NCBI GenBank assembly: GCA_963762255.1
Contig: CAVXKA010000001.1
Coordinates: 672,001-736,000 of the forward strand
Reading direction: 5' to 3'
Source: Candidatus Eiseniibacteriota bacterium
Lineage (GTDB): Bacteria; Eisenbacteria; RBG-16-71-46; JABDJR01
DNA: 64,000 bases
Shown here: piece by piece, positions 18,233-27,894 of the stretch
How positions within the stretch are numbered: position 1 is the stretch's first letter
Layout: each line of letters starts with the position of its first letter
Position numbers and translations under genes: made by a program
The notes under the pieces: generated by a model
Told to the model about the DNA's origin: nothing
Database searches by the model: none
The model's input: the letters and a program-made list of their open reading frames with translations, nothing else

Positions 18233-19177
18233 CTATGGATCGGCCGCGAGTTCCGGCGTGTGGCCTCGGCGGGACCCGGCCAGGACTTCCAGCGCCGCCG
18301 GCGCGAACTCCTGCTGCTGCGCCGAGCGAAGCGCCTGCTTGTATCCCTCGAGGATCTGATCCAACTGCGGGATCGCCCCCGGCAGGAGGATCGACGCCGA
18401 CTGCGCGAGCTTGGCCACGCCGCTGTCGTAGAAGCGCCAAGCCACGTGGCTCAGGTCGTTCATAAGTTCGTGAAAGGCGCGCGGAGCGCGGGTCAGACCG
18501 CGCATCTCGGCAAGCTGCGCGGCGGTGAGCCCGTGACGAGCGAGCAGATCTTCGGGGAAGCCCGCCGAGGCGCCGGCGGCATCGAGGTTGGAGAACACTT
18601 CGAGCATGCGGCGAACGATGAACGCGAACACCCCGGGATCGTGGGCGAGCTCCTCGATGTCGAGCTCGGCGGAGACGCGATAGCGACGCACTCCCGGTAC
18701 GGCGAGGATGATCCGCAGGAACACCCACGACTGCGAGACACCGATCACCCGGGCGCGCTCGATCAGACTTTGGAGGTCGGGGATCGGCTCCCCCCCCGCG
18801 ATTTCCATGAGCCCCTGCTGCATGCGCAGCCACGGTGTCATGGGAAGCCCGAATCGGGCCATGGCGTCGGCGAGGGCTACCTGATCGGGGTGAGCCGGAT
18901 CGGGGCGACCCTGGTGGCAGAGGCGAACCCCGTCGCTCCACGCGCGAATCTCGCGCAACGAACTCTCCAGCGATGCGGCGCGTCCGCGGGGGACGGGAAG
19001 GGTCTGGGGCCCGAGAACCCGCATGGAGACGTAGGCGGCATAGAAGGCGTTGCGGCGGCGGGGATCCTCGAGACGGCGCGCGGCGGCAAGGAATGGGGTC
19101 TGGATCGCCTCGAGCTGCCCTTCGCAGGTGCGATAGGCCTCGAGGATCTCCGGTGTGTACTCCAATCGAAGCGGCAC
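18233..19177 (-). CDS. Squalene/phytoene synthase-fold protein with degenerate Asp-rich motifs
   Basis: FLAAARRL..RRNAFYAAY..MR, ALADAMARFGLP and GFPEDLLARHGL present; no DDxxD. Confidence 0.65.
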   Translation of the reverse strand: MPLRLEYTPEILEAYRTCEGQLEAIQTPFLAAARRLEDPRRRNAFYAAYVSMRVLGPQTLPVPRGRAASLESSLREIRAWSDGVRLCHQGRPDPAHPDQVALADAMARFGLPMTPWLRMQQGLMEIAGGEPIPDLQSLIERARVIGVSQSWVFLRIILAVPGVRRYRVSAELDIEELAHDPGVFAFIVRRMLEVFSNLDAAGASAGFPEDLLARHGLTAAQLAEMRGLTRAPRAFHELMNDLSHVAWRFYDSGVAKLAQSASILLPGAIPQLDQILEGYKQALRSAQQQEFAPAALEVLAGSRRGHTPELAADP

Positions 19178-19302
19178 GGCGATCGCTCCTTGCCCAGATT
19201 CTTGGACCGCTCCACCTGATTATCGGTCAGGGAGCTGGGGGGCGCAATCGGAGGAAGGGAAAGGGGCCTACCGGGGCACGACTGGATGCAAGCGCCCCCG
19301 GG

Positions 19303-20622
19303 TTACCAGCGATCCAGCAGGTCGAGCACACCTTCCTGACGCAGCAGGGCCATCCCCAAGCGCTGCGTGGAGACGCCTTCGCGCAGAACGAAGTCGAACG
19401 CTGGATTCCCGCCGTCCATCCTGGCAGCGAAGTGAAGCAGGCGGACGCGCGAATCGCCTTCGATCTCGGGAGCCAGCTCCGCGATATGCGAGGCGACCAA
19501 GACCAACGCGTTCGGATGTGCAGCCAAGCGCTTGACCAGAGCGAGGCTTGCTTCAGTCGCATCGTGGACATTGGTTCCGCGGAAGGGCTCGTCGATCACC
19601 GCCACGACTGACTCCAAGCCACCGAGCAGCGTGGCCAGTGCCCTGATGCGGCGAACTTCAGCGAGGTAGAAACTCTCCCCCGCAGCGATGCTGTCCGAGA
19701 TCTGGACACTGGAGAAGAGAGATCGGACCGGTTGAAAGGTCATCGCTATGGCCGGCACCCCACACCCCAGGTGGGCGAGATACGTCGAGAGCGCGAAGGC
19801 CTTCAGGAACGTGGACTTCCCGGCCATGTTCGGCCCGGTCAGAAAGCAAACACGGGTTACTCGATCGAGCGTGATGTCATTGGGGATGCCTCGTTGCCCA
19901 AGGAACGGGTGGGCCAGGCCACGCACGGAGCAAGCACCAGTCGACACAATGGGATACGACCACCCGTGCTCGCGGGTCGCAGCCCCCAGGCTCCACATGG
20001 CCTCAAGCTCGGCGAGTTGCCTGAGAAGATGTTCGAGTAGCGGCTTTCCCGGCCCCCGCGCAACCTGATCAAAAGCCAGAATCGCTGACGCCGTTGACCG
20101 CTCCGGACCGGGGTTCCGCAGGCGCGCGAGGGTGGGAGATTCCGTCGTGGCACGGATCTCGCGTGCATTCGCTCGCACCAACTCGGATGGCGCAGCACCC
20201 AGGAGATCCACGAGCCGTGCCGCCGCGGTGAGCAGCGCGACAACCCGATCACGCCCCCGCTCGGCGTCCCGGAGGAATCGATTCTCGCGCATTCCCATCC
20301 AGACGGCCTCGGCGGCGCGCGCGACACGGGATCGCGACCTGGCAGGCTCCCAGCGGGATCCCAAATACGCACTGACGGCATCGAGTTCGGCGTCGTTCAA
20401 CGCGGCACGAACGGCGTCCGATTCCCCGGCAAGAGTCTGATGCGCAATCTGGAGTTCCACGATCCGTGCGGGGCCCGACACCGGGGTGGAGATGCGCCGA
20501 CGAAGCGACTCCTTGCCAATCCAACTGCGGGTGCGGTCAAGGAGGGCAAAGAGTGTCATCCCCTCGGCGTCGAAACTCGAGAAAACCTCCAGATCTCGCA
20601 ACGTGGAGCTGTCAACGGCCAT
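19303..20622 (-). CDS. Short MutS-family ATPase (domain V); start uncertain
   Basis: LTGPNMAGKSTFLK, GESFYLAEV and DEPFRGTN motifs. Confidence 0.88.
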   Translation of the reverse strand: MAVDSSTLRDLEVFSSFDAEGMTLFALLDRTRSWIGKESLRRRISTPVSGPARIVELQIAHQTLAGESDAVRAALNDAELDAVSAYLGSRWEPARSRSRVARAAEAVWMGMRENRFLRDAERGRDRVVALLTAAARLVDLLGAAPSELVRANAREIRATTESPTLARLRNPGPERSTASAILAFDQVARGPGKPLLEHLLRQLAELEAMWSLGAATREHGWSYPIVSTGACSVRGLAHPFLGQRGIPNDITLDRVTRVCFLTGPNMAGKSTFLKAFALSTYLAHLGCGVPAIAMTFQPVRSLFSSVQISDSIAAGESFYLAEVRRIRALATLLGGLESVVAVIDEPFRGTNVHDATEASLALVKRLAAHPNALVLVASHIAELAPEIEGDSRVRLLHFAARMDGGNPAFDFVLREGVSTQRLGMALLRQEGVLDLLDRW

Positions 20623-20650
20623 CACTTCTGCGTTTGTCACATCTTCCCTG

Positions 20651-21835
20651 TCAAGGCTCTTCAACCAGAACACCCCCCAGTGCCGCCAGAAACGCCTCGA
20701 TGTCCGCGCGGTCGATGGTGAGGGCCGGGTCGATCCGCAGCACACTCACGCCGGGGCGGCGACAGGTGATGAAGCCTCGGTGGACCAGCTCGCGGTGCAC
20801 GCGGGTCGTGAACTCGCAGTCGGGGTCATCCACGAGTTCAACCGCCAGCATGAGGCCGCGGGCGCGGATCTCTCGGATGCGCTTCGTGCGCGTCTGGATC
20901 TGCTGGAGTCCGGCCAGAAGGTCCGCTGCGATCTCCCGTCCGCGCTCGATGAGCCCCTCGTCGCGGATGACGGCCAGGACTTCGCGTGCGACCGCCGCGC
21001 CGAGTGGATCGTTCTGGTGTGACTGCCCGTACTTGACCGGCCGGTCTCCAAGCTTCTCCACGACACGCCGGCCAAAGGCGGCCGCGCTGACGGGGTAGCC
21101 GTTGCCGATGCCCTTCCCCGTCGCGACGACGTCCGGCGAGATGCCGTAGTGCTGGTAGCCGAACCAGGCGCCGGTACGCCCGACGCCGGTGGTGACCTCG
21201 TTGACGAGCACGAACCCGCCGTTCTGCTGCACGGTGCGTGCGAGGTTGCTCACCAACGGCTCGGGAGGAAACCGTACGAGACCGGAGGAGCTGCCGGGCT
21301 CGAACAGGAATCCGCCGATCCGATCGAAGGGGATCGCCGCCCAGCGCTCGCAGTGCTCGTCGCACCCGCGCAAGGGCGGGCAGTTCGGGCAGCCCATCCA
21401 GTCGAAGCAATACCACTCGTCCCCGCGCTTGGTGCTGGCCGAGCCATAGGCGCCGAAATAGGAGTCGGTCATGGTCAAGAGGAGCGGTCGCTCGGTCAGC
21501 AACTGCGCCACGCGGACGCCGTACTCGACCGCCTCGCTCCCCGAGCAGAGGAACACGCACTTGCCGCCGTCGAAGCCGAACAGGGAGAGGACCTCGCGCG
21601 CCGCTTCTTCGACGACTGCGCTCGTGTACCCGAACCCGGTGTGTGCGATGCGGGCCGGCTGCTCCGCGAGCACGCGGAGCATGCGAGGGTGCGCGTGGCC
21701 GATCGAGGTGCACCACACGCCGGACTCCAGGTCGACGTAGCGTTTGCCATTGGAGTCGAAGAGGCTGCAGTTCTCGGCCCGAACTATGTCCTCGAGGATC
21801 AGTTCGTGGCCGGGATACCAGAGGAGCCGACTCAC
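20651..21835 (-). CDS. Class III PLP aminotransferase
   Basis: SGSEAVE, NEVTTGVGRTG and GKGIGNG motifs. GTG overlaps the upstream stop. Confidence 0.9.
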   Translation of the reverse strand: MSRLLWYPGHELILEDIVRAENCSLFDSNGKRYVDLESGVWCTSIGHAHPRMLRVLAEQPARIAHTGFGYTSAVVEEAAREVLSLFGFDGGKCVFLCSGSEAVEYGVRVAQLLTERPLLLTMTDSYFGAYGSASTKRGDEWYCFDWMGCPNCPPLRGCDEHCERWAAIPFDRIGGFLFEPGSSSGLVRFPPEPLVSNLARTVQQNGGFVLVNEVTTGVGRTGAWFGYQHYGISPDVVATGKGIGNGYPVSAAAFGRRVVEKLGDRPVKYGQSHQNDPLGAAVAREVLAVIRDEGLIERGREIAADLLAGLQQIQTRTKRIREIRARGLMLAVELVDDPDCEFTTRVHRELVHRGFITCRRPGVSVLRIDPALTIDRADIEAFLAALGGVLVEEP

Positions 21836-22392
21836 CGCGGCCAGAGCCAGCCGAAGACCCCCGCGGTCAGAAGTCCGTAGATGAGGCCGTCGATGTTGTT
21901 CTTGATCGTCGTGCTCCACGCGCGCCGGTACCAGATCGAATCCTGCCACTGGGCGATTGCGTAACCGATGAACGCGGTGGCGCCCGCGAAGCGGAAGACG
22001 GCGAGGTAGTCGCCGCCGCGCGCGACAGCGTGGCCGGCGATGTAGGCGGTGAGGATGCTGACGACGACGCAGAAGATGAACCACTGGACGAGGTTCTTCC
22101 CCATCGAGGGCGGACCGGGCTGCAAGAAGGTCATGAGGACAACGGGGCCCTTGGTCAGCTTCTCGACGAAGACGGGGTCCTTCATGCACTTGGGGTCCTG
22201 CGAACTGGGCAGCATGTAGTCCCCGGGCGGGACGTTGAGCTTGCCCAGCGCTTCCCTGGCGGCGTCCTCGTTGGGGATCTTTTTGAAGTCCTTGCGGTGA
22301 AAGGGCAGCACCATGTGGAGCACGAAGCTCGCGAAGAACACGATCACCGCGGACACGAGAATCGGGAGCCACAGGGAGAAGAGCGAAACCAT
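21832..22392 (-). CDS. Conserved membrane protein
   Basis: Hydrophobic segments; AAGGAGG RBS. Confidence 0.75.
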   Translation of the reverse strand: MVSLFSLWLPILVSAVIVFFASFVLHMVLPFHRKDFKKIPNEDAAREALGKLNVPPGDYMLPSSQDPKCMKDPVFVEKLTKGPVVLMTFLQPGPPSMGKNLVQWFIFCVVVSILTAYIAGHAVARGGDYLAVFRFAGATAFIGYAIAQWQDSIWYRRAWSTTIKNNIDGLIYGLLTAGVFGWLWPR

Positions 22393-22469
22393 GGGCACCT
22401 CCTTGTCGGTGTACCGGTCAACGGGATGGGGTAGGGGTCATTGGCGGGGCAGTATACCGCGAAGAAGGA

Positions 22470-23408
22470 TCAGGGATTGGCCGGCCCGCGGGACTGCCAG
22501 GGGCCTCCGGGGGGCCAGGTTCCTGTGACTCCCCTGCCGGTCCGCAGATCTTCCAGGACTGGCAGGAGAAGAGGGCGAATCACTTCGAGCAGATCATTCT
22601 CGGGGCTGCTTCCCACGGAAAGGTGGGCGCGACGCGCGAAGGCGCGGAGCTGGGGCGCGCGCGAGGGGTTCCGCCAATAGTCCTCGGTGAGGCCGAACGG
22701 CGCTTGCTCGGGGATCGGTGTGGCTCGTCGTCCGAGAGTGCGGCGAATCGCCTCCACCAGCGTCACCCTGTCGAATGAGAAGTGGCCTGCCAGGTAGTGC
22801 AGGTCGAAGTAGTCCTTGATGCGGCTGTTGCGGTCCCCAAGAACGATCATTGCCTCGAGCTTCTCCGCGATCACGGCTTCGGGCGGATAGGCAAGCACAC
22901 TGGGGGCAGGAAAGCCCAGGAGGGTGGGATAGTCGCGTCGTTCCGGGGCGGGCCAAACGGCGTCGCCAACACCGATGTCGACCTGCATCGGAATCCGCGC
23001 TCTTTCGCAGGTAGCCACCATGATCACCCGGGTGCCCGCGAAATCTTCTTCCGGTCGAATGGGTTCCAGTCGAATCGTCCCGGTCTCGAATACCAATCCG
23101 TCGGGATCCACCGGCACCCTCAAGACAACCTCTAGTTCTCCACGGACCGCCTCGACCGAACTTGGGCCTTGCCTCAGGAGGTCAAGGTCTCTCGTCGCAC
23201 GGTAGGGGCGCTCCGCCCAGAGTCGCAGCAGCGTAGCCCCCTTCAGGACGAAGCGGTCGCGGGAAGGCGAGATCCCAAGCCGGTATAGAAACCGCTCCTG
23301 CGCGAACGCTGAGAGAAGCACCTGGTAGTCTTCTCCCGTCCGGCGGGATAGCTCTAGCAGGCGAGCCAGCACCGACGCCGCGAGATTGCGCTTGTCGGGC
23401 AGGCTCAC
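22470..23408 (-). CDS. AbiEii/AbiGii nucleotidyltransferase toxin (type IV TA)
   Basis: FVLKGA, RATRDLD, AEKLEA and NSRIKDYFD motifs. Confidence 0.92.
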   Translation of the reverse strand: MSLPDKRNLAASVLARLLELSRRTGEDYQVLLSAFAQERFLYRLGISPSRDRFVLKGATLLRLWAERPYRATRDLDLLRQGPSSVEAVRGELEVVLRVPVDPDGLVFETGTIRLEPIRPEEDFAGTRVIMVATCERARIPMQVDIGVGDAVWPAPERRDYPTLLGFPAPSVLAYPPEAVIAEKLEAMIVLGDRNSRIKDYFDLHYLAGHFSFDRVTLVEAIRRTLGRRATPIPEQAPFGLTEDYWRNPSRAPQLRAFARRAHLSVGSSPENDLLEVIRPLLLPVLEDLRTGRGVTGTWPPGGPWQSRGPANP

Positions 23409-24010
23409 GTTATCGCGTCCAGGTAGGGTTGCATGATCCTCCGCACGCGGCAGACTTGCGCGAAGTGTGCAAGGTCGCCGGCCTTTCCCCGATGGTCCCG
23501 CGTGAAGTCCTTGAGGGCTTCGATGGCAACATCCACGCCAACCTTGTTGCGGTGCTTGAAGCAGTCGGCAACCGTCTTGGCCGGGGAGTAGACCCGTACC
23601 GTCACCCCTTCGATGAGGTGCGTCTCGATGCCTTCGGTCAGAGCGGCGCCGGAGAAGCGGACGACTCGGAGCTGGGGATAATCGAGCTGGGGGCGCCGCG
23701 CCTTGTCCGGCAGGGCAATCCAGACCTGCCACGGCAGTTGCGTGGTGAGATCGTGAAACCGAAGCGCTGTGAGCAGGCAAATCACCGCGTCGGGCACTCG
23801 CTTGGCAACAAGCACCAGCCCATGGTTCTCGGTGAGCGGATGATCGGAAACCACGTAGAGTCCCCGTCCCTGCCGCTCCAGAAGGCCCTTGTCCGCCAGT
23901 CGATAGAGATGCGCCCGGGAGATCCCGTGGGTCTTCAGATCCCGGGGGCGGACGACGCCAAGTCGGCGGACGAGCGCGAGAAGTCGACGATCGAAGGGTG
24001 TGATGGCCAT
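23405..24010 (-). CDS. AbiEi antitoxin (type IV TA)
   Basis: GRGLY, ICLLTALRFHDLTTQ and YSPAKTVADCFK motifs. Confidence 0.92.
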   Translation of the reverse strand: MAITPFDRRLLALVRRLGVVRPRDLKTHGISRAHLYRLADKGLLERQGRGLYVVSDHPLTENHGLVLVAKRVPDAVICLLTALRFHDLTTQLPWQVWIALPDKARRPQLDYPQLRVVRFSGAALTEGIETHLIEGVTVRVYSPAKTVADCFKHRNKVGVDVAIEALKDFTRDHRGKAGDLAHFAQVCRVRRIMQPYLDAIT

Positions 24011-24017
24011 GGACCGG

Positions 24018-24047
24018 ATGATACATAACGTAGGTGGTTATGTGCAA
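24018..24047 (-). promoter_or_regulatory. abiE promoter (TTGCAC-18-TATCAT) with inverted repeat ACATAAC-N7-GTTATGT
   Basis: Inverted repeat at 24023-24043 between the promoter boxes; ATG 7 nt after the -10. Confidence 0.65.
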
Positions 24048-24110
24048 CTACCAACGTTTTGATACATCAACACCCGGTTACGCTACCGCAAACCACTGTA
24101 AACAAATAAG

Positions 24111-25313
24111 TTAAGCGGTTGGCGCGGCCAACAAGAGAGTGCGTAATGCCGCCAGCAGCGCGTCCACGTCGCCGGCGGTGTTGTAGCCTTGGATGGAGAC
24201 GCGGATGTAGGGGCGGCCGTTCCATGTGAGGCACGGGATCTCGACGCGGTGCTCCTCGATCAGGCGCGATTGGAAGGCGGCGACATCGCCCACGGGGGGA
24301 AGCGGCGCCGCGGCCATCTGGTGGTAGAAGCGGGGCGCGTCCTGGTCGTCCGCTGATACGCCAGCGTCGGCCGGATAGATGGGCGGGAGGCCGGTGATCT
24401 CGGAGATACCCGCAACCGCTCGGCGCACGAGCGCGTGACAGCCTTGGCGCACCGCGTCCCAATCGTGCTCGCGCTGGAACGCGATGGCGGCAGGCACCGA
24501 GAGGTAGGCGGACTGATCGATGGTGCCCGGCCATTGCAGGTTGTCGAGGAACCGCGAGCCGCTGTCGAACGGGTTGTTGTCGCCGATGCCCCAGCTCACG
24601 ACCGAGGGCACGAGATCCGCTTGCAGGTCGCGCCGCGTATAGAGGAACCCCGCGCTCTTGGGTGCACAGAGCCACTTGTGGCAGTTGCCTGTGTAGTAGT
24701 CGGCCTGGAGTGCGGTCAGGTCGAGCGGGATCTGCCCGGGGCCGTGCGCGCCGTCGATCATGGTGAGAATGCCCGCCTCGCGGGCGCGCCGGCAGAGGGC
24801 CTCGACAGGAAGCCTCAAAGCGGTCGGCGACGTGATGTGGCTCGCGAAGATGAGCTTTGTGCTCGCCGTGACGCCGGACCAGATCGTTTCGAGCATCGCG
24901 TCCTGCGTCGTAGCCGGGAGCGGGATTACCTTGCGGACGACGGCCGCCTTCGCGCGGCACGCCACCAGGTTCAACACGTTGTCGCAAGCGCCGTATTCGT
25001 GATCGGTGGTGAGGATCTCGTCACCCGGTTGGAGCCGCATCGAGCGCGCCACGATGTTCACGGCGGCGGTGGCATTCGGAACGAACGCGAGATCATCGGC
25101 GGGGGCGTTGACGTATGCGCCCAGCGCCTCGCGCGCGATGCGAAGTTCGTTCATCAGTTCGCGCTGGAAGAACCGGACGGGCTGACGTTCGAGGCGACGC
25201 TGCCACTCCTGATAGACCTCGAAGACCGGTCGCGGGGTCGCGCCGAACGAGCCGTGGTTGAGGAAGACGACGTCGGGGTCGAGGAGGAAGAGATCTCGAA
25301 GGTTCTCGTGCAT
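24111..25313 (-). CDS. Class V PLP enzyme (isopenicillin-N epimerase/EgtE-like)
   Basis: FLNHGSFGA, SHITSPTA, IDGAH and GNCHKWLCAPK motifs. Confidence 0.9.
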   Translation of the reverse strand: MHENLRDLFLLDPDVVFLNHGSFGATPRPVFEVYQEWQRRLERQPVRFFQRELMNELRIAREALGAYVNAPADDLAFVPNATAAVNIVARSMRLQPGDEILTTDHEYGACDNVLNLVACRAKAAVVRKVIPLPATTQDAMLETIWSGVTASTKLIFASHITSPTALRLPVEALCRRAREAGILTMIDGAHGPGQIPLDLTALQADYYTGNCHKWLCAPKSAGFLYTRRDLQADLVPSVVSWGIGDNNPFDSGSRFLDNLQWPGTIDQSAYLSVPAAIAFQREHDWDAVRQGCHALVRRAVAGISEITGLPPIYPADAGVSADDQDAPRFYHQMAAAPLPPVGDVAAFQSRLIEEHRVEIPCLTWNGRPYIRVSIQGYNTAGDVDALLAALRTLLLAAPTA

Positions 25314-25320
25314 GCTCCCC

Positions 25321-26142
25321 TCAGTGCTCGTGGGGATTGGCCACCGGGGCCGGCACCGGCGCTCTTGAATAGACGAAAATGTACATGGCGGGCCGATCGG
25401 AGAGATTCCGGATCGCGTGCCGCATCGCGGGCGGGATGTGGGTCATCTCTCCGGGGCGCAGGTCCACCTGCCCGTAATCGGAGCGGATCACGGTCACGGT
25501 TCCCTCCAGACAGAAGATCAACTCGCGGGTCTTTCCCGTCGAATGGGTCTCCGTGCTGTCGCCCGGTGCCAGGATCTTGCGACCGGTGCCGAAGCCCTCG
25601 GCCTCGAACTCCACGTTGGCGAGATCGAGCCGGTCGGTCTGGGCTAGGGGAATATCGAGCGCCGGCGGCGGCGTTCCCTTCTCATCGGTGAGGCTGACCG
25701 CGCGGGCGGTGATACGTTGGATGAGCGAGAACTCAGGAACCGGCTTGCCGGCCCTGAATGAGTGGCCTTGCCAGTGGGCGAGGCGCGCGGCCGGGTACAC
25801 CTTGCGGTAGAACATTCCCTCGACGACGGCGTGCGCACCGGCGCAGTCCGTGGGAAAGAGGTGGATCAACTCGGGGAAGTTCACCACCACGCCTTCGCCG
25901 CCTTCCTCCGGGACAACCTCGATGAAGCACCCCTCGTTGGTGCACACCGAGGCCACGATCCCCTCGATCCGCACTTGCCGGTTGAAGTGGAGTTCTGGAT
26001 GCGCGATCAGATCGCCGATGGCAGTAGAGTCCGAGAGCGCGAACTCCTCACCAAGGTGTGTGTACGACGTGTCGGCCTGCGCGCCGTCGTGCAAGGCGGC
26101 GAGTGCCGCCGACACGAACACCACGAACCTCACGAGCCGCAT
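25321..26142 (-). CDS. Secreted DUF4920-like + cupin domain protein
   Basis: Signal peptide; SVCTNEGC; C-terminal cupin (HST..E...PGE..HIPP..RH). Confidence 0.7.
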   Translation of the reverse strand: MRLVRFVVFVSAALAALHDGAQADTSYTHLGEEFALSDSTAIGDLIAHPELHFNRQVRIEGIVASVCTNEGCFIEVVPEEGGEGVVVNFPELIHLFPTDCAGAHAVVEGMFYRKVYPAARLAHWQGHSFRAGKPVPEFSLIQRITARAVSLTDEKGTPPPALDIPLAQTDRLDLANVEFEAEGFGTGRKILAPGDSTETHSTGKTRELIFCLEGTVTVIRSDYGQVDLRPGEMTHIPPAMRHAIRNLSDRPAMYIFVYSRAPVPAPVANPHEH

Positions 26143-26228
26143 GTTGCCCCTCCATCTCCGGGCCTTCGCGAAATCCACCTCGGCATCGAAGGCAAAGAAG
26201 AGCGGCGCGCAGATGGACGGGATCCTGG

Positions 26229-27503
26229 TCAGGTGACTGAGGGCGGCGAGCCGGTCCTTGATGGACCCTCCCGCGGGCTTTCATCCACCAACTCCACCCC
26301 CCCCAACTCCCTCTTCACCCCCTCCACCGCCTTCAGCTCCTTGAGCTTCTCCCCCGCCGGTACAACGCGCTTTTCGAACGACCCCACCGCGCTGTTATAC
26401 GCGTCCACCGCCGTCCCCAGCCCGCGCCCCACCTTCCCCAGATGCTCCGCGAACACCGCGGTGCGTTCATACAACTCCCGCGCCGCGGACGCGATGTGCT
26501 CCGCGTTCTCCGCCAGCGCGCGCTGCTGCCAGTAGATGGCCACCGTTCGCAACAGCGCGACCAGCGTCGTGGGCGTAGCCAGCAACACCTTGGATCGCAG
26601 CGCCTCGACCTGTAGATCGGGCGAACGCGAGAAGGCAGCAGACAGGAACGGATCCCCGGGCAGGAACAGCACCACCAGGTCCACGTCTCCCTTGAGTTCG
26701 CGCGCGTACTCGCGCCCGGCCAGCGCCTTAACATGCGCCTTGAGCGCAGCGACGTGGCGGTCCAGCGCCGCACCGCGCGCCGCCTCGTCCGTTGCCTCCG
26801 CCGCTTCCAGGTATGCGCTCAAAGGCACCTTGGAGTCGACCGCGATGAACCGCCCGCCCGGCAGCCGCACCGTCATGTCAGGCCGCCCGCCGGAGGACAC
26901 CGTCTCCTGCTCCTCGAAGTCGCAGTGCTCGGTCATGCCGGCGAGCTCTGCGACATTCCTCAACGCGATCTCCCCCCATCGCCCACGCACCTGCGAGCCG
27001 CGTAGCGCCGTGGCCAAAGAAGTTGTCTGCGTCTGCAACGTTGACGTCAGCTCGGAGAGCCCTTTGACCTGCTGCATCAAGGTCGCGTAGGCACCCTCGC
27101 GCTTGGTCTCCAACTCCCCCGTCCGCGTCTCGAGCTTGCCCAGCGTCTCGCGCAAGGGCTTGAGCATCTCTTCGATCGCCGTCCGCCGCGCATCCAGATC
27201 CGCGGTCGCCTCGGAGCGCGCCTGCCCCAACCGCGTCGCCGCCAGTTCGAGGAACTGCTTCGTGGTCCCGTCCAGCGCCTGCGCCGCCAGCGCCTTGAAC
27301 GCATTCTCGAGATCGCGCCGCGATGCCTCGACGAATCCCTGTTGATCCGCCAACACCTTCTGCGCGTTCTCGAGCTGCGAGCGCGTCACCGCTTCGCGCG
27401 ACATCGCGGTGGCCTCGCGCGAGCGCGCCCAGAAGTACGTGATGAGAAAGGCCAGCAGGGCGCCGGCCGCAAAGACGGCGAAGAGGACGGGGAGTCCGTT
27501 CAT
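26229..27503 (-). CDS. rmuC: DNA recombination protein RmuC
   Basis: RGRWGE, RPD, VDSKVPL and ATPTTL motifs; N-terminal TM plus coiled coil. Confidence 0.93.
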   Translation of the reverse strand: MNGLPVLFAVFAAGALLAFLITYFWARSREATAMSREAVTRSQLENAQKVLADQQGFVEASRRDLENAFKALAAQALDGTTKQFLELAATRLGQARSEATADLDARRTAIEEMLKPLRETLGKLETRTGELETKREGAYATLMQQVKGLSELTSTLQTQTTSLATALRGSQVRGRWGEIALRNVAELAGMTEHCDFEEQETVSSGGRPDMTVRLPGGRFIAVDSKVPLSAYLEAAEATDEAARGAALDRHVAALKAHVKALAGREYARELKGDVDLVVLFLPGDPFLSAAFSRSPDLQVEALRSKVLLATPTTLVALLRTVAIYWQQRALAENAEHIASAARELYERTAVFAEHLGKVGRGLGTAVDAYNSAVGSFEKRVVPAGEKLKELKAVEGVKRELGGVELVDESPREGPSRTGSPPSVT

Positions 27504-27766
27504 GGTCTGGTTGCTGCCTTCTTTGGGGCTGAGGTCCGCGCAAGGCGGGGAGAGCGGCCGCCCGCCGCAGTTTACGCGTTTGCGCTCCCCCGACAATGGG
27601 CAATTGGCCGTCGGTTCCGGCGCCTTGTCCGGGCCGGTGCTGCCGGCCTGGCCGGCTCGAAACGCCCCCACCCGGCCTCTTCTGCGACCCGCGGCATTTT
27701 AACAAAAATTTCATTGACTCATGTGGAAAAACGAGGGAATGTGGCGCATGAACAGCAGTGGGCAAT

Positions 27767-27804
27767 GGTTACGATTGGAATCGTAACCGTCTCAAAAATG
27801 AGAC
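27767..27804. promoter_or_regulatory. Two adjacent palindromes (GGTTACGATT-GG-AATCGTAACC; GTCTCA-AAAA-TGAGAC)
   Basis: Perfect 10-bp arms at 27767-27788 and 6-bp arms at 27789-27804 in an AT-rich patch. Confidence 0.55.
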
Positions 27805-27894
27805 ATTAGGGGCTAGACCCTGTTTGCGACAGTCGTACAGTGATATATTGCTGATAGCAAACGAAGCGACCCGGATTTGCCTATGCTGACGCTG

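Noticed and set aside
17871-18359. 162-aa ORF across candidate RNA 4
   Set aside because: No motif, atypical composition, and it runs through an intrinsic terminator.
24088-24116. AT-rich IHF/Xer-like motif at the abiE border (similar at 31314-31338)
   Set aside because: Two or more mismatches to the consensus; cannot be supported without a scan.
27742-27757. TGGCGC-N5-CAGCA as a sigma54 promoter
   Set aside because: The -12 element lacks TT, and the candidate enhancer palindromes lie downstream.
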